Of a stretch of DNA of 64,000 bases, positions 38,733 to 49,536 are shown in pieces. How positions within the stretch are numbered: position 1 is the first letter of the stretch; each line of letters starts with the position of its first letter. Made by a program: the position numbers and the translations under genes. The DNA lies in assembly GCA_963836815.1 (NCBI GenBank), contig CAWILD010000001.1, positions 27,813-91,812 of the forward strand. Direction: 5' to 3'. The notes beneath the pieces were generated by a model, which had not been told where the DNA came from, made no database searches, and saw only the letters and a list, made by a program, of their open reading frames with translations. Source of the stretch: an uncultured Gemmatimonadales bacterium. GTDB taxonomy: Bacteria; Gemmatimonadota; Gemmatimonadetes; Gemmatimonadales; GWC2-71-9.

Positions 38733-40227
38733 TCAAGCACGCCGAGCCGCCGCGCCGCGCCGCCAGAACAGGTACACCGGAATCCCGGACGCCACGATGA
38801 TCAGGCCCGGCCAGGTGTACAGCGGTTTCTCGAACAGCAGGATGATCATCAGGCCGCCGACCGCGACCATGTAGAGGGCCGGCAACAGGGGATAGCCGAA
38901 CGCCTTGACCGGCCGGGGCAGATCGGGCTGCAGCCGCCGGAGCCGGAACAGGGCGAGCGCGGTGAGGAAGTAGAAGACCAGCGCCGCGACGATCACGTAG
39001 TCGAGCAGCTGGCCGTAGGTCCCGCTGATGCAGAGAACCGAGGCCCAGACCGCCTGGGCGATGAGGCCGAACACCGGGGTCCGGTACTCCGGATGCAGCT
39101 GGCCGGCCCGCTGGAAGAACAGGTTGTCGCGCGCCATCGCCCAGTAGACCCGCGGCCCCGACAGGATCAGCCCGTTGTTGCACCCGAAGGTCGAGAACAG
39201 AATGGCGATCGCCATGACCGTGGCCGCCGCCCGCGCCGAGGGCCACCTCGATCGCGGCGGTGCCGACCCGGTCCTGCGCGGCGTGCTGGATCCCTCGCGC
39301 GAGCGCGTCCTGCCCGCTCGGCGTCGCCGTAGAACGGCAGGACGTTGAGATACGCGACGTTGGTGAGGATGTAGAGCAGACTCACGATGCCGGTGCCGAG
39401 GGCCAGCGCGAGGGGCAGGTTGCGGCTCGGGTTCTGCACCTCGGCCGCGGCGAACGTGACGTTGTTCCAGGCGTCGCTGGAGAAGAGCGAGCCCACCATC
39501 GCGGCGCCGAGGATCGGAATGATGGCGAGACTCCAGTCGCCCGTGCCCCAGAAGGTGGCGTAGTTGGCCGCCGCGACATCGGGGCGCCGGAAGAACGTGA
39601 GCCCGAACAGCACCAGGGCCGCGAGCGCGCCGACCTTGGCGACGCTGAAGACCGTCTGGATCCGCGCGCCGAGCACGACGCCGCGGACGTTGATCGCGGT
39701 GAGAAGGAGAATGGACAGGATCGCCACGATGCGCTGGGGCGAGAGGCCCAGCTGGATGGCGTCGGCGCGCCCCCGGCAGCCGGAGCTGGCCGAGCGGCAG
39801 GAACACGTCCGGACTGATGCCCGGCACGAGGACGCTGAGGAATCTCGCGAACGCCACGGCCACCGCCGCGATCGTGCCGGTCTGGATCACCGCGAAGAGG
39901 GTCCAGCCGTAGAGGAATCCGGCCGCCGGCGACAGACCCTTCTCGGAGGAAGACGTATTGCCCGCCGGCCTTGGGCATCATCGCCGCGAGCTCGGCGTAG
40001 GTGAGCGCGCCGACGACGGTGATGAGCCCGGTGAGGACCCAGACCAGGAGCAGCCCGCCGGGCCCCCAGGGCGACACCTGCCGGCTGATGTCGGCCGAGA
40101 CGATGAAGATGCCCGAGCCGATCATCGAGCCGACGACGAGGGAGATCGCCGCGAGCGGGCCGATGCCGCGAACGAACTCGGAGGACGACGGCGTGGGCGC
40201 GGCGGGCGCCTGGGTCGGTGCGGCCAT
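38733..40227 (-). pseudogene. APC-superfamily amino-acid permease, four frame breaks
   Basis: ..IGSGIFIVSADISRQV.., ..FSSDAWNNVTFAAAEVQNPSRNLP.. and ..[24 protein letters not shown]... The protein is colinear only through five frame segments (breaks ~39936, ~39766, ~39316, ~39228). Confidence 0.8.
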
Positions 40228-40264
40228 GGGGTAGTTTCGCTGGTGTGGGTGTGTCAGTGCCGCG

Positions 40265-40319
40265 CCCGGGAATGGCTCGACGAGTGGTGAGGAAGATCCC
40301 TCGCTGCGCTCGGGATGAC
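40265..40319. repeat. REP/MITE-like element, copy 4 (core plus right arm only)
   Basis: CCCGGGAATGGCTCGACGAGTGG resembles the core of copy 1. It is followed by GAAGATCCCTCGCTGCGCTCGGGATGAC (40292-40319). No left arm is present. Confidence 0.7.
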
Positions 40320-40326
40320 AACCCTG

Positions 40327-40701
40327 TCAGGTGCCGGACCTCGACTCCGGCAGCTGTTTCGTCTCCGACGGCTGCGAGGTGCTCTCCGACGGCTTCGAGG
40401 CAGTCTCCGCCGCCTTCACCGCCTCTTCCACCACCGCCTGCCCCGCCGCCGCCAGACCCTTCATGACCTTGGCGGCGCTGTCCATGAGGCCCATCGTGCC
40501 GCTGATCGCCTGGATCGGCAGCTTGCCGGCGCGCATCGTGTCCTCGACGGCCTCGGTCACCTTGGCGAAGATGCCGCCGGGACGCGAGCGCTCGGCATAC
40601 TTGCTGTCGAGGAACTCGATGAAATCGAGAATCTGGTACCCCCGCTCGTCGCTCAGCCCCTCGAGCGCGCGGGCGATGCGCTGCTTCAGCAGATCGTTCA
40701 T
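40327..40701 (-). CDS. small hypothetical protein
   Basis: 124 aa with an N-terminal ..YQILDFIEFLDSKY.. helix and an Ala/Ser/Glu-rich tail. The start lies 8 nt after the upstream stop. Confidence 0.55.
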   Translation of the reverse strand: MNDLLKQRIARALEGLSDERGYQILDFIEFLDSKYAERSRPGGIFAKVTEAVEDTMRAGKLPIQAISGTMGLMDSAAKVMKGLAAAGQAVVEEAVKAAETASKPSESTSQPSETKQLPESRSGT

Positions 40702-40709
40702 GGCGCTAC

Positions 40710-41769
40710 CTACTCTCCTTCCACACCGGAGACCACCGACACCAGCTCCGCCACCGGCGTGGTGAGATACCGGGTCCGCGCCGCGCGGATCGTCACCCGC
40801 AGCACGACCTCATGCAGCGGCGGCAGCGAGCGGAAACGGTCCACCTGATCGGCCGGGATGGCCACGTAGACGAAGCCCGGCTCGGGGAGCGGCCCGCGCG
40901 TCAGCAGGTACGGCTGGCCCGGAGCCATCTCGGCCCGGAGCTCGTCCGCCGTCTGCACCGCGATCACCTGGACCGGCCACTCCAGCACCTGTCCGACGTA
41001 CCGGTCGGGAGACGACCGCACCTCCGCCGCCGTGACGCCGGCGAGCGCGCCGCCGTCGTTCGGCTGGAGGTCCGCCTCCCGTACCCAACCTTCCAGGCGG
41101 ACCCGGGCCCACTCGCCCGTCCGGCCCAGGACCCTGGTGGAGATGCCCGGGCTGGAGCGTCGCGACGACGGGTCCTCCGGCCGTGGCGTTGAGTCCGGTC
41201 TCCCGGGCAACCTCGAACGCATCCGGGCCGGTCACGGCGGCCGGCTTCGGCGGGGCCACGGCGGGCGCGGGCTTCTGAGCCGGTTTCTGAGCGGGCTTCT
41301 GGGCCGTACCCTGGGCCCGCCTCGCGGGCGCCTTCATGGCGCCCCGGGGCACCCAGCCCTCCCGCCGCACCCGGCTCCATTTCCCCTTCTGCCCCACCCG
41401 CTCCAGCAGCGTCCCCTCGCGGGCCCGTCCGACCACCGGGCCGTTGGGCGACCGGCGGAGGTTCTCCCCTTCCTTCTCACTCACGACCAGGTCGAAGCCG
41501 TCGCGCCTCGTCGGCTCGGTGGAGGGGGTGTAGATCCACCCCTCGACCGTCACCTCGCGCCAGTCCCCCTTGGCGGTGCCGGCGTCAACCGGCGCGCCCG
41601 CGGGCAGGGTGACGAGCGGGGTCCCCTCGGGCTCCCGGTGGAGGTCCGCGGGTGTGGAAAGGGACTGCTGCTGATCCTGCGCAGCGAGGGTTCCGGAGAG
41701 CAGGAGGAGGGCCAGCACGCAGGCTGGTAGCCGGACCGGGCCGGGACTAGATTGCGGCGCGTAACTCAC
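40710..41769 (-). pseudogene. secreted protein with SH3b-like repeats, one frame break
   Basis: Signal peptide, repeated GDWREVTVEGWI / GKWSRVRREGWV / GEWARVRLEGWV units, and an (AQKP)3 linker from 3 x 12-nt repeats at 41269-41304. Frame break at ~41146. Confidence 0.6.
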
Positions 41770-41799
41770 AGTCCGGCATTGTAGAACACGCGGAGAGCC

Positions 41800-43348
41800 A
41801 TGTCAAACGGACTCCCCCGGAACCGGGTCGTCCTGGTGGTGCTGGACGGTTGGGGCTACCGGCCCGAAAGCGAAGGCAACGCGATCGAGCTGGCCTCTAC
41901 TCCGGTGTGGCATCGGCTGTGGGACTCCTATCCGCGCACCCTGCTGGACGCCAGCGGGCTGGCCGTGGGCCTCCCCGAAGGGCAGATGGGGAACAGCGAA
42001 GTCGGCCACCTGAACCTCGGCGCCGGCCGGGTGGTGCCCCAGGACCTCGTCCGGATCTCCCAGAGCATCCAGAGCGGCGAATTTTACCAGCTCCCCCCGC
42101 TGGTGGAGCTGTGCGCCGGCGTGCGCCAGCGGGGCGGCACGCTTCACCTGGTGGGACTGCTGGGACCGGGTGGCGTCCACGCGCTCGATCGGCACCTCCT
42201 CGCCTGCGTGGAGCTGGGCGTGCGCCACCGGGTGCCGGCGATCGCCATCCACGGCTTCCTCGACGGCCGGGACTCCGCCCCTACCCTGGGCGCCGAGGTG
42301 GTGCGCACGCTGCTGCAGGACATGCGGCGCATCGCCGGCAACCGGGTGGACATCGCTTCGCTCATCGGCCGCTACTACGGCATGGATCGGGACCGCCGGT
42401 GGGACCGCACCAAGCTGGCGTACGACGCGATGGTCCATGGGATCGGCACCCCGGTGGAGCATCCCGTCCTGGCGGTCCAGGGCGCCTACCAGCGGGGCGA
42501 GACCGACGAGTTCATCCGCCCGATGGTGCACCACCGGGGAGGAGTGCCGGTCGCCACGATGCGGGACGGCGATGGCGTGCTGTTCTTCAACTATCGCAGC
42601 GACCGCATGCGACAGATCGTGAGCGCCCTCGCCATCGACGGGTTCGACGAGTTCGATACCGGCCGCCGGCCCGACCTCGCCTGCGTCACGATGACGCAGT
42701 ACGATCAGACCTTTCCCCTTCCCCAGGCATTTCCCCCATTCAGCCTCGCGCGCATCCTGGCCCAGGTCCTCGCCGACCACGGCCGGAGTCAGTTCCGCAC
42801 CGCCGAGACCGAGAAGTACCCCCACGTGACCTACTTCTTCAACGGCGGGTACGAGCCACCGTACCCGGCGGAGGAACGCTGTCTCATCCCCTCGCAACGG
42901 GTAGCGACCTACGACCTGGCGCCGGAGATGAGCGCCGCCGGCATCACGGAGGCGCTGTGCCGGACGATCGAGGCCGGCCGGCACGACTTCATCCTGTGCA
43001 ACTATGCCAATGCGGACATGGTGGGGCACACCGGGGTGCTGCCCGCCGTCATCAAGGCGGTGGAGACCGTGGACCGGTGCCTCGACCGGATGCTGGCGAG
43101 TGCGGGCGAAGGCGGGCACCAGCGTCCTCATCACGGCCGACCACGGCAACTGCGAGATGATGATCGATCCGCTGACCGGGGGCGTGCACACCGCCCACAC
43201 GACCAATCCGGTGCCGTTCGTCGCGGTCGAGGCGGGCGCGAAGGCCCTGCGCCCCGGCGGATCGCTGCGGGACGTGGCCCCGACGGTGTTGCGCCTCCTG
43301 GGCATCGAGCCACCCACGGAAATGACTGGAAAGGATCTGAGGGCTTGA
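41800..43348 (+). pseudogene. gpmI: 2,3-bisphosphoglycerate-independent phosphoglycerate mutase, one frame break
   Basis: ..VLDGWGYR..GNSEVGHLNLGAGR... The C-terminal ..[22 protein letters not shown].. lies in the next frame (extra G at ~43105). Confidence 0.9.
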
Positions 43349-44074
43349 GGGGAAGACATCTGTCGGCCATCGCCGCGCTCGGCTTGCTCGCGTTCAGTCT
43401 GCTCGCCACGCCGGTGCTCGGCCAGGTCGGGCATGTGCCGAGCTCCTCGCCCTACCGCGACATCTACAAGGGTTACAGCCTGACCGCCATCGGGGGCTAC
43501 ATCGCCGGCGACGGGGGCCGGTTCGGGATCGGACCACACGACGGGCCGATCTACGGCATCCGCTTCGATATCCGAACCGCGAGCGCCACTCAGCTCGGGC
43601 TCCAGGTCACGCAAGGCGACTTGCAGCGCCTCATCGTGGACCCGTTCGTGGAGCTGGCCAACCGGGTGAGCGGCCCCGTGGATCAGCGGGTGACGTTCCT
43701 CGAGGCGGACCTCCAGTTCAACCTGACCGGTGGCAAGACCTGGCATCGGCTGGCGCCCTTCGTCGGTGCGGCCGTCGGCCTCACCTTCGCCAGCGAGACG
43801 CCCGCGGACATCGAGCGGGTACGAGTTCGGCAACAAGATCTACTTTGCGCCGCACGCCGGGGTTCGGATCTTTCTGACCCAGCGGCTTCACCTCCGGGGA
43901 GAGGCCCGGGTCGCGTTCTGGAAGATGAACTATCCGGACAGCTTCACCCAGGAGCCGCCGCTCGAGCCCGGAATACCGCCGAACTCGAACGCAGTCATCA
44001 GGAACGGCAACGTGAGCGAGTGGACCCTCGAGCCCTGGTTCCAGGGGGGCCTGGGTTACTCCTTCACCTTCTGA
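43345..44074 (+). pseudogene. putative outer-membrane beta-barrel protein, one frame break
   Basis: TTG 43345 overlaps the gpmI stop (TTGA). Signal peptide ..LLATPVLGQ and a terminal ..GGLGYSFTF. Frame break at ~43816. Confidence 0.5.
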
Positions 44075-44076
44075 CG

Positions 44077-44499
44077 GTGCCGATCACTCTCACCAGGACG
44101 GTCGGCTTCCGGGCCTCCCACCGGCTCTACCGGCCCGACTGGAGTGAAACGAAGAACCGAGAGGTCTTCGGCCCGCTGAGCGATCCTCCGGGGCACGCCC
44201 ACGACTACGTGTGCGCGGCGACGGTGCGAGGGCCGGTGGCACCACCCATGGGAATGGTGATGGATCTGGGCCATCTCGACCAGATTCTCCGGGACGAAGT
44301 GGTGGCACCCCTCGACGGCAAGCATCTCAACCTCGACGTTGCCGCCTTCGGCCCCGGAGGGATGCTGCCCACCTGCGAAGCGATCGCGGCGCACCTCTAT
44401 CCACGCATCGCGGCCCGCCTGCCGTCCGGCGTGACCCTGGAGCGCGTCCGTATCCTGGAGGATCCGACGCTCTATGCCGACTGCACCGGCATCCCCTGA
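44077..44499 (+). CDS. queD: 6-carboxy-5,6,7,8-tetrahydropterin synthase
   Basis: GTG 44077, 140 aa. ..GFRASHRLY.., ..GHAHDY.., ..MVMDLG.. of the PTPS/QueD fold. Confidence 0.8.
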   Translation: MPITLTRTVGFRASHRLYRPDWSETKNREVFGPLSDPPGHAHDYVCAATVRGPVAPPMGMVMDLGHLDQILRDEVVAPLDGKHLNLDVAAFGPGGMLPTCEAIAAHLYPRIAARLPSGVTLERVRILEDPTLYADCTGIP

Positions 44500-44593
44500 A
44501 CGGCCCCCACCGCGGCCGCTGTGTTGGCGCCGGGCTACGGTGCCGTCTCCACGGGGAACCCGGGTTGGGACCACATCATTCGTCGGGGGATTG

Positions 44594-45389
44594 ATGCGCA
44601 TTCGCGCGGCGGTCGCCGTCGGCTTTCTGCTCACGACCCAGACCGCCATCTCGGCGGCGCAAGGCACCGGAGATCAGGCGCGGCTGGCGTTTACCATCTC
44701 CGGCGCCTACATAGGCAGCACTGGACTCTGGAGCGTCCCGGAGCAACGCGTCGCTGTCGATGCGTCTCCCACCAATATCGCCCTCACCCGCAGCACGACG
44801 TCCACCTTTGGCGCCTCCCTCGGCTGCCACCTACTATCCAAAGGACCAATGGGGACTCACGGCGGAGGCCTTTCTCCTTGGACTCGGCGCCGACGACGCC
44901 TGCCAGGTCACGTCGTCCGGCGAAGTCTCGCTTTACGTGTCGGAAGTCTGCGAGGACATCGACCGGCAGGAGAAGTCCGCCTCGGCGGTCGCCCTCTCAG
45001 TCGGCGGCATCTTCCGCATCGCCAGCCGCGAGTTCATCTCACCCTTTGTGCGAGCCGGAGTCGGAGTGCTGATCAGCAATCAGAGCTCCCTTCTCACTCA
45101 GGGCGTCAGCGTCAGCAACAACGGGGCACTGTTGGTGATCTACGACGATGACGCCCAGGGTCGGGTGCGTCCCGCGATCGGCCTCGGCGTCGGCGCCACA
45201 GTGGTCCTGAGCCGGGGGTATCACCTTCGGTGGGAGGTGCGCGACAACATCGTCGGCGTCGAGGAGGTGACCGGTGCAGTCGCTACGGTGGGCACGGTCC
45301 CCCCTCACGAGACCAATTTCGAGCACGTGTGGAGCGTGCTCATCGGGCTCGACGTGATCCTCGAGCGCCAGAAAGGCCGCCGCTATTGA
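44594..45389 (+). pseudogene. putative secreted/outer-membrane beta-rich protein, one frame break
   Basis: ATG 44594, signal peptide ..TAISAAQG. Frame break at ~44825. Confidence 0.5.
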
Positions 45390-45990
45390 GCGAAGTGCGG
45401 GGCGCCATCCTGGCCGGTGGTGGGGCTACCCGGTTCGAGGGCAAACCGAAAGGGCTCGAGCGCGTTGGGGGCGAGCGGATCCTCGATCGGCTCGCCGCCG
45501 TCGATGGCGGACGCCCTCGGGCGGCCGCCCCTCCTGGTAGCGAACGCGCCAGAGGCCGCCGACTGGCGCCCGGATCTCCGGGTCGTCTCCGACCTGCGAC
45601 CCGGCTTCGGTGCCCTGACCGGGATCTACACCGCGGTGGTCGAAGCGCCCGCCCCCGTCGTCTGCGTGGCCTGGGACATGCCATTCCTGTCCGCTCCCCT
45701 GATCCGCCGCCTGGCGGAGGGGCTTCGCGACCACGACGCCGTGCTGCCCCGGAGCGACGGCCCGGCCGGCGTCGAGCCGCTCTGCGCCGCCTACGGGCCC
45801 GCCTGCCGGGACGCGATCGCGGCGAGCCTCGACCGGGGCGATCTTCGAGCCGTCGGCTTCCATGCGCGCATCCGAGTCAGTATCCTCCCACTCGCCGAGG
45901 TCGCGCGCGGAGGAGATCCCGCGCTCCTATTCTTCAACGTGAACACGGCGAGCGATCTCGCCCAGGCAGACGAGCTCTGGCGACGACGCG
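45386..45990 (+). pseudogene. mobA: molybdenum cofactor guanylyltransferase, one frame break
   Basis: TTG 45386 overlaps the upstream stop. GAILAGGGATRF.. and ..VCVAWDMPFL... Frame break at ~45503. Confidence 0.8.
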
Positions 45991-46511
45991 GATCATCTCC
46001 ATCATCGGCCGGAAGAACGCCGGAAAGACCACGCTGACCGTCGCGCTCGCGAGCGAGCTCGCGCGGCGCAACCATCGGGTCATGACCATCAAGCACGGTC
46101 ATCACTCGGCCGAAGTGGACTCCAAGGGCAGCGACAGCTGGCGCCACTTCAACGAGGGCAAGGCCGACCGGGTGCTGCTCGCGACCCCCACCATGCGAGC
46201 GGTCTTCGAGCGGAGCGAGGACGAGTACGATCCGATCGGCCTCACTCGCCGCTATCTCTCCGGGGCGGACATCGTCCTGGTAGAGGGCTTCAAGCGCTCC
46301 GATCTCCCCAAGATCGAGGTCTATCGCTCCACGTCTCACCGATCCCCCGCTCTACGACCCCGACGCCCCCAACGCGGACGAGTGGGTCGCCATCGTCACC
46401 GATGATCCCAAACTCGACGCGGCGTGTCCGCTTCTCCATTTCCAGGACACGATGTGGCTTCAGCTCCTCGCCAGTCTGGCGTGGGACCAGGCCCGCGTAA
46501 TTCCGGGGTGA
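45989..46511 (+). pseudogene. mobB: MobB-like P-loop protein, probably fused to MobA
   Basis: IISIIGRKNAGKTTL P-loop and ..DSWRH... It has no in-frame start codon of its own. It is reachable from the mobA frame if one base is missing at ~45990. There is a further extra base at ~46328. Stop at 46509-46511. Confidence 0.75.
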
Positions 46512-47765
46512 CCGGACCGCTTACCCCGCGGCGCGGCGGCGGCGCGAATCCTCGAGGACGTCCGCCGCCAACCTCCCCTTCGCATCCCCCTCGACGACGC
46601 CCTCGGCGCGGTGCTCGCCGAGGACGCCGTGAGCCCGCTGGACATACCGGCCAGGGCGAACTCGGCGATGGACGGCTACGCGGCCCGGAGCGAAGACGTC
46701 CGCGGCGCGTCGCCCGGAGCGGCCGGTTCGGTTACGGGTGGTGGAACAGTTGCCGGCGGGCCGCTTCCCCACCCGGGCCATTGGGCCGGGCGAGTGCGCC
46801 CGCATCTTCACGGGCGCCGCGGTCCCGGACGGCGCGGACAGCGTCATCCGGCAGGAGGACACCGACCACGGCGTGGACACGGTCAGCATCACGCAGGACC
46901 GCGACGCCGGCGCCAACGTCCGCAAGGCCGGCGAGGACATCGCGCGGGGGACGACCGTGCTGCGGGCCGGCACCGAGCTCGGTCCGGCCGCCCTCGGCGT
47001 GCTCGCCTCCTTGGCGGTCGCCCACCCACTGGTGCATCGCCGGCCGAGGATCGCGATCCTCGGAAGCGGGGACGAGATCGTGGACGTGGACCAGCCCGAG
47101 GAGATCCTCAGCGGGCGCAAGACGGCGAGCAGCAACACCCACACGCTCCTCGCCCTGGTCCGGCAGGCGGGTGGCGGTCCCGGTCAATCTGGGGATCGCC
47201 CGGGACTCGCCGGACAGCCTGCGCTCGAAGCTCCAGGCGTGCGCTCGACGCCGACCTGTTGGTCACGACGGCGGGGGTCAGCGTAGGCGAGCACGACTAC
47301 CTGCGCTCGGTGCTGAGCGAGCTCGGCGCGGAACACCGCTTCTGGAGGATCAGGATGCGTCCCGGGGCGCCTGTGGGGTTTGCGCTGCTGGGCCAGGTTC
47401 CCTGGATCGGGCTGCCGGGGAATCCGGTCAGCACGATGGTCACGTTCGAGCTCCTGGTCCGGCCGGCCATCCGGAAGATGTCGGGACACGCTCTGCCGTT
47501 CCGCCGGTCCGTGCCCGTGCGCCTCACCGAGCCGGTGAGCGTCAAGCCCCGGCTGCAGCATTTTCTGCGGGGGGTCGTCACCGAAAGTCCGAACGGCCCG
47601 CTCGCGCGTCTGACCGGTCCGCAGGGCTCCGGGATTCTCACGTCCATGGCGCTCGCCAACGCCCTTCTGATCATCCCCGAAGGCCAGTTCGAGACCCCGG
47701 CTGGCGCGACCGTCCAGGCGCTCCGCCTCGACGATTCCATCCACCAGCTCGAGCCCCCGTTCTAG
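46508..47765 (+). pseudogene. moeA: molybdopterin molybdenumtransferase, four frame breaks
   Basis: GTG 46508 (GTGA overlap). ..NSAMDGYA.., ..RIFTGAAVPDGADSVIRQED.., ..LLVTTAGVSVGEHDY.. and ..GLPGNPVS... Breaks at ~46527, ~46715, ~47176 and ~47240. Confidence 0.85.
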
Positions 47766-47800
47766 GGCGGGATCTCACGTTGCCGCTACGTGCCTCCCCC

Positions 47801-47837
47801 GCGGGGCCCCCATGACGGGGGCCCCGCATCGCTTTCC
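47801..47837 (+). terminator. G/C-rich hairpin downstream of moeA
   Basis: 11-bp stem GCGGGGCCCCC / GGGGGCCCCGC, 5-nt loop, then ATCGCTTTCC. It lies 36 nt after the moeA stop. Confidence 0.55.
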
Positions 47838-47839
47838 GA

Positions 47840-47868
47840 GATGAGATCCGATTGAGATCGCGGTGAAC
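47840..47868 (+). promoter_or_regulatory. 11-nt-phased triple direct repeat (TGAGATC, TGAGATC, TGAAC)
   Basis: GATGAGATCCGATTGAGATCGCGGTGAAC, with boxes starting at 47842, 47853 and 47864, 64 nt before ATG 47933. A 24/29-identical copy lies at 48557-48585. Confidence 0.5.
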
Positions 47869-47932
47869 CCCGGCCGGTAGTGTTCCGCCGTCGAAAGGAC
47901 GACGCGCCACACCCAACCGCAGGGGGCTCACC

Positions 47933-48463
47933 ATGAAGTCCGCAACCGTAGTCGGCCTTGGCTTCCTCGCCTTCGTCACCGGCGCCGCGTTGGCACCTGT
48001 CGTCGCATCGGAGGATCGCCCCGACAAGTCCCACTTCTGGGCCGACGTCCAGGGCGCCTATGCCGTCACTTCCACCGGCAAGGTCGCGTTCGGCCCGGTC
48101 GGCAGGCCCGGCGAGCCCGGGGCCTCGTTCACGATCACGCTGGGTGCCAAGGATGCGGGAGGCGCGATCGTCTTCACCCGGCTCGACGGGGTCACCCCGG
48201 GGCGCGGCCGGTATCCCGTCGGCAATACGGCGGCCATGGATCGGGTAGGCGGATTCCGGGCGCTCTATCTCGCCGGCAGTGCCATGCGGCCTGAAGGCGT
48301 CTTCCACGCCGATGCCGGCACGATCGAGATCACCTCCGCCACCGAGGGTCGGGTGAGCGGGCACTTCGAGCTGACGGCCACCGGCTTCCTGGCCGGCTCC
48401 CCCGAGGATGAGAGCCGGCAGGTGACGGTGCGCGGCTCGTTCGACAGTCAGTTGGTGCCGTGA
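47933..48463 (+). CDS. hypothetical secreted protein
   Basis: 176 aa, signal peptide ..LAFVTGAALAPVVAS. No motif recognised. Confidence 0.6.
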   Translation: MKSATVVGLGFLAFVTGAALAPVVASEDRPDKSHFWADVQGAYAVTSTGKVAFGPVGRPGEPGASFTITLGAKDAGGAIVFTRLDGVTPGRGRYPVGNTAAMDRVGGFRALYLAGSAMRPEGVFHADAGTIEITSATEGRVSGHFELTATGFLAGSPEDESRQVTVRGSFDSQLVP

Positions 48464-48556
48464 ATCACGAACCCGGACAGCGCAACCGACCCTTCACGAC
48501 GGAGGAGCCTGTCACCCGCGCGGTCCTTTCGGCTCGAGGCAAGTGCCGCTGCCGCG

Positions 48557-48585
48557 GATGAGATCGGGGTGAGATCCGGGTGAAC
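48557..48585 (+). promoter_or_regulatory. 11-nt-phased triple direct repeat, second copy
   Basis: GATGAGATCGGGGTGAGATCCGGGTGAAC, with boxes starting at 48559, 48570 and 48581, 70 nt before ATG 48656. Confidence 0.5.
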
Positions 48586-48655
48586 GGTCATCGGTATCGT
48601 GTCGCCATCGAAAACGCTCGCTGGTCTGTCAGCCCACTCGCTTCGGAGGTCACCC

Positions 48656-49126
48656 ATGTTCTCGCGTTCTCTTCGCCGGTATCTCGGCACCGCACTCGCG
48701 GTCGTCTCGCTCGCCACGGCGGCGTGCGGCGGCGACGACGACAGCACCGGCCCGAGCGCTCCCGCGCCGGCCGACGTGTCCGGCACCTACCAGCTCCTCC
48801 GTCTCCGCTCCCTTGGCAACCTGGGCGGCGGCGGCAACGGCCTCCCGGTCACGTTCAGCGACGGCGGCGGCTCGACTCTGACCTTCGAGACCGGCGTGCT
48901 GGTGCTGGCCCAGGACGGGACCTATACGCTCGAGGTCGAGGCCGCATTCAACGGCAACGGGCTCACCATGACCGACGAGGGCAACTACTCGGTGGCGGGC
49001 AACAGCGTCGACTTCGACCCGACCGGCGACCCGCAGCGGATGGAGTCCGGCACGATCAGCGGCAACGCCATGACGGCGCAGACGCAGTTCGGCGGCATTC
49101 CCTTCGAGATCGATCTGAGCAAGTGA
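48656..49126 (+). CDS. small lipoprotein
   Basis: ATG 48656 with GGAGG 6 nt upstream. Lipobox LATAAC and a Gly/Thr-rich beta domain. Confidence 0.6.
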   Translation: MFSRSLRRYLGTALAVVSLATAACGGDDDSTGPSAPAPADVSGTYQLLRLRSLGNLGGGGNGLPVTFSDGGGSTLTFETGVLVLAQDGTYTLEVEAAFNGNGLTMTDEGNYSVAGNSVDFDPTGDPQRMESGTISGNAMTAQTQFGGIPFEIDLSK

Positions 49127-49134
49127 TCGAAGCG

Positions 49135-49518
49135 ATGCAGGCCAGCCGGTCGAGGGTGACCGGCGCGTACGACCTGATGAAGGTGAACGGGCGCGTGCTC
49201 CCGGCCCCGGTCGACGAGACCGGGGTACGGGACGGCGACGTGATCCGCTGCCGCATCATGGCGGGCGAGCTCCGGCTGGAGTCGGACGGGAGCTACCACC
49301 GCGCGCTCACCACACGCTACGACGCGGCGGGCGCCAGCTATACCCGGGTGCTCGAGAACGGCGGCACCTGGCGGTTCGTCGCCTCGCCCCTCGACCAGTC
49401 GTCGGGAGAGGTCACGCTGCTGTCGAGCAACGGACGAACGACCACGGCCGCCGTCACCCGCATTTCGCTCATTCAGCGGGATCTCGACGGGCTGACCTGG
49501 GTCTACCTGCGGCGCTGA
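49135..49518 (+). CDS. hypothetical protein
   Basis: ATG 49135, or GTG 49123 overlapping the upstream stop. 127 aa with no signal peptide. Confidence 0.45.
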   Translation: MQASRSRVTGAYDLMKVNGRVLPAPVDETGVRDGDVIRCRIMAGELRLESDGSYHRALTTRYDAAGASYTRVLENGGTWRFVASPLDQSSGEVTLLSSNGRTTTAAVTRISLIQRDLDGLTWVYLRR

Positions 49519-49536
49519 GCGAACTCGGTGGATGAG

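Noticed and set aside
38623-39246. 208-codon N-terminal extension of the guaB track ORF.
   Set aside because: It runs through the intergenic region and the 3' end of the permease gene in a wrong frame. Canonical IMPDH starts at [19 protein letters not shown] (ATG 38622).
41803-43836. 677-aa minus-strand ORF.
   Set aside because: It is antisense to gpmI and the following gene, has no motifs, and has shadow-ORF composition.
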